Part shown: positions 62,600-64,000 of the stretch, piece after piece
Position numbering within the stretch: position 1 is the first letter of the stretch
Layout of the letters: each line of letters starts with the position of its first letter
Source: Enterobacter phage EC152
Sequence record: PP681140.1
DNA: 64,000 bases
Reading direction: 5' to 3' (one strand)
The notes under the pieces: model-generated
Told to the model about the DNA's origin: nothing
The model's input: only the letters and a program-made list of their open reading frames with translations
Databases searched by the model: none
Position numbers and translations under genes: made by a program

Positions 62600-64000
62600 T
62601 GGCAAAGTTAAGCCACAACATTGATAATGTGTTTCAGTTGATCGACGGACACATTCAGTTTCTTCAGAGAAACACCGGAGAGACAATCGATCCTACGGTT
62701 CAGCACTACATCCTGAACTTGCAAAATGTTCTGGCTAACAACCGCCACTTCATCAACTGGACGGCGCAGGAAGCCCAGCCAAATGGTGACGCAACAACCG
62801 AGGGTCAGTCAGTGCTGATCCTTGGATGTGCTTATGCGTACCTCGCGTCTAATGACCCGAAATACCTTGAACTTGCAGAGGCCTATTGGCAGGCATATAT
62901 TGACTGGTTCTTTGCTGGTCAGCCAATCCCAGATCCTCCTGCGGTATATCGTCCTAACTGGATCATTAACGGAAAGGAACCCCGTCTTGCTCACTACCCT
63001 CTCACCGACGATGGATACCCGACCCACGGTGGATTCAAGGGCAGCGTGATGTCTTGGACAAACGGAAGAACCCTGATCCCTCATGGTGCTCCTAATTGGG
63101 GAGAATACCTTGACAAGGCCTGGTTTGCTTTTGACGGCAACCTTGGTTGGAACTCTGTCAACGCCACGGTGTACAAAGAAAACCCGGATGGAAGTACCAA
63201 CTGGGATGAGTACGGATCACAGTGGGATGTAGACTGGATTATTGACCGTCTGGGCCGTAAGGTTGACTGGGATGGTAACATTCTCGAAGAAGGTCTTCCC
63301 GAATCTCAGTGGGGGACTGTTCAACTGAAGGATACCACAATCACGGGTAATTACAAGTTCAACTATGCGACATGTAACCCTGTTGAGCATGGTGGATACC
63401 TGATGGGTAGAAACACCATGTGGCACAACCGCCCGGTTAACGTACCTATTGAGATGGGCTTCCAGGATAACGCCTCTGACGCAGAGACTTGGTGGTGTGA
63501 TGCGAACTACGTGATGTACCAGATCACGGGGGAAAGAAAATACTGGCTTTGCTGGCAGTCTTCACTGATCGTCTGTGATAACTATTCCGACATTGACCGT
63601 TTCGATAAGTTCTTCCGCAAGTCAACATTCGCGACAATCCCATTCACCGATGGGATCAGCTATGACTACTCATACCCGTCAACGGCAGTTCCTCAGTATT
63701 CTCGCGATTCTGATGGGTATATTGGTATTCGTCAAACTGTAGCAGCGCAAACTACCCTTGAGCAACAGGCTATTTGGTTCCGTGTTGACGGCACTTCAAA
63801 GCTCCGTGTTCAGTTCTCAGGGAAAGATGATGCTGGCAATGGTCTGTTATTCAGACCAGAGCTTGATCTTAATAAAACAAAATCTGAAACCGGAAGGGTG
63901 ACCTACCGTTGTGGTCTCCCACGCGGTACAGACTCTATCGTTTCTATGGACATCCCTCTCTCCAACTTCGTGAGACTAACCCCTCCGGGTGGTGGCAGTT
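62599..64000 (+). CDS. large tail fibre/baseplate protein, partial (continues past the window end)
   Basis: ATG at 62599 after GGAG. The frame is open to position 64000. It is absent from the ORF track because no stop lies in the window. Confidence 0.5.
   Translation, partial: MAKLSHNIDNVFQLIDGHIQFLQRNTGETIDPTVQHYILNLQNVLANNRHFINWTAQEAQPNGDATTEGQSVLILGCAYAYLASNDPKYLELAEAYWQAYIDWFFAGQPIPDPPAVYRPNWIINGKEPRLAHYPLTDDGYPTHGGFKGSVMSWTNGRTLIPHGAPNWGEYLDKAWFAFDGNLGWNSVNATVYKENPDGSTNWDEYGSQWDVDWIIDRLGRKVDWDGNILEEGLPESQWGTVQLKDTTITGNYKFNYATCNPVEHGGYLMGRNTMWHNRPVNVPIEMGFQDNASDAETWWCDANYVMYQITGERKYWLCWQSSLIVCDNYSDIDRFDKFFRKSTFATIPFTDGISYDYSYPSTAVPQYSRDSDGYIGIRQTVAAQTTLEQQAIWFRVDGTSKLRVQFSGKDDAGNGLLFRPELDLNKTKSETGRVTYRCGLPRGTDSIVSMDIPLSNFVRLTPPGGGS

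Overview
The window looks like a 64-kb slice of a large virulent tailed phage genome (T5-like or Felix-O1-like in content), split into three blocks. Positions 1-25992 are transcribed leftward and carry early genes for nucleotide metabolism, replication/repair and RNA repair. They include a ClpP-like fragment, PhoH, a GH19 endolysin, glutaredoxin, class Ia ribonucleotide reductase (NrdA and NrdB), ThyX, a HAD nucleotidase, dNMP kinase, EndoVII and RuvC-like resolvases, a FEN/5'-3' exonuclease, an HNH endonuclease, a NADAR protein, an SPFH membrane module, a MazG-like protein, ATP-dependent DNA ligase, a Zn-less Sir2, a Pnk-like kinase, an RNA ligase and a metallophosphoesterase. An AT-rich divergent control region sits at about 25993-26201. 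Positions 26202-39710 are transcribed rightward. They carry an NAD salvage operon (Prs, unknown ORF, NadV), small zinc-ribbon and micro-ORFs, three strongly promoted abundant-looking proteins, an array of about 27 tRNAs interleaved with tRNA-like stable-RNA candidates, a Pol-beta nucleotidyltransferase and a spanin pair. Positions 39809-64000 are the late structural module: large terminase, portal, scaffold, major capsid, a collagen-like fibre protein, putative sheath and tube, tail chaperones with a predicted -1 frameshift, tape measure, and baseplate and fibre genes. Consensus sigma70 promoters of the form TTGACA-N17-TAAGAT/TAGTAT and terminators built on GGGCTTCGGCCC-type tetraloop hairpins recur throughout. 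All calls rest on reading the sequence and on motif recall. No database search or structure tool was run, so anticodon assignments, start codons and functional labels need confirmation.
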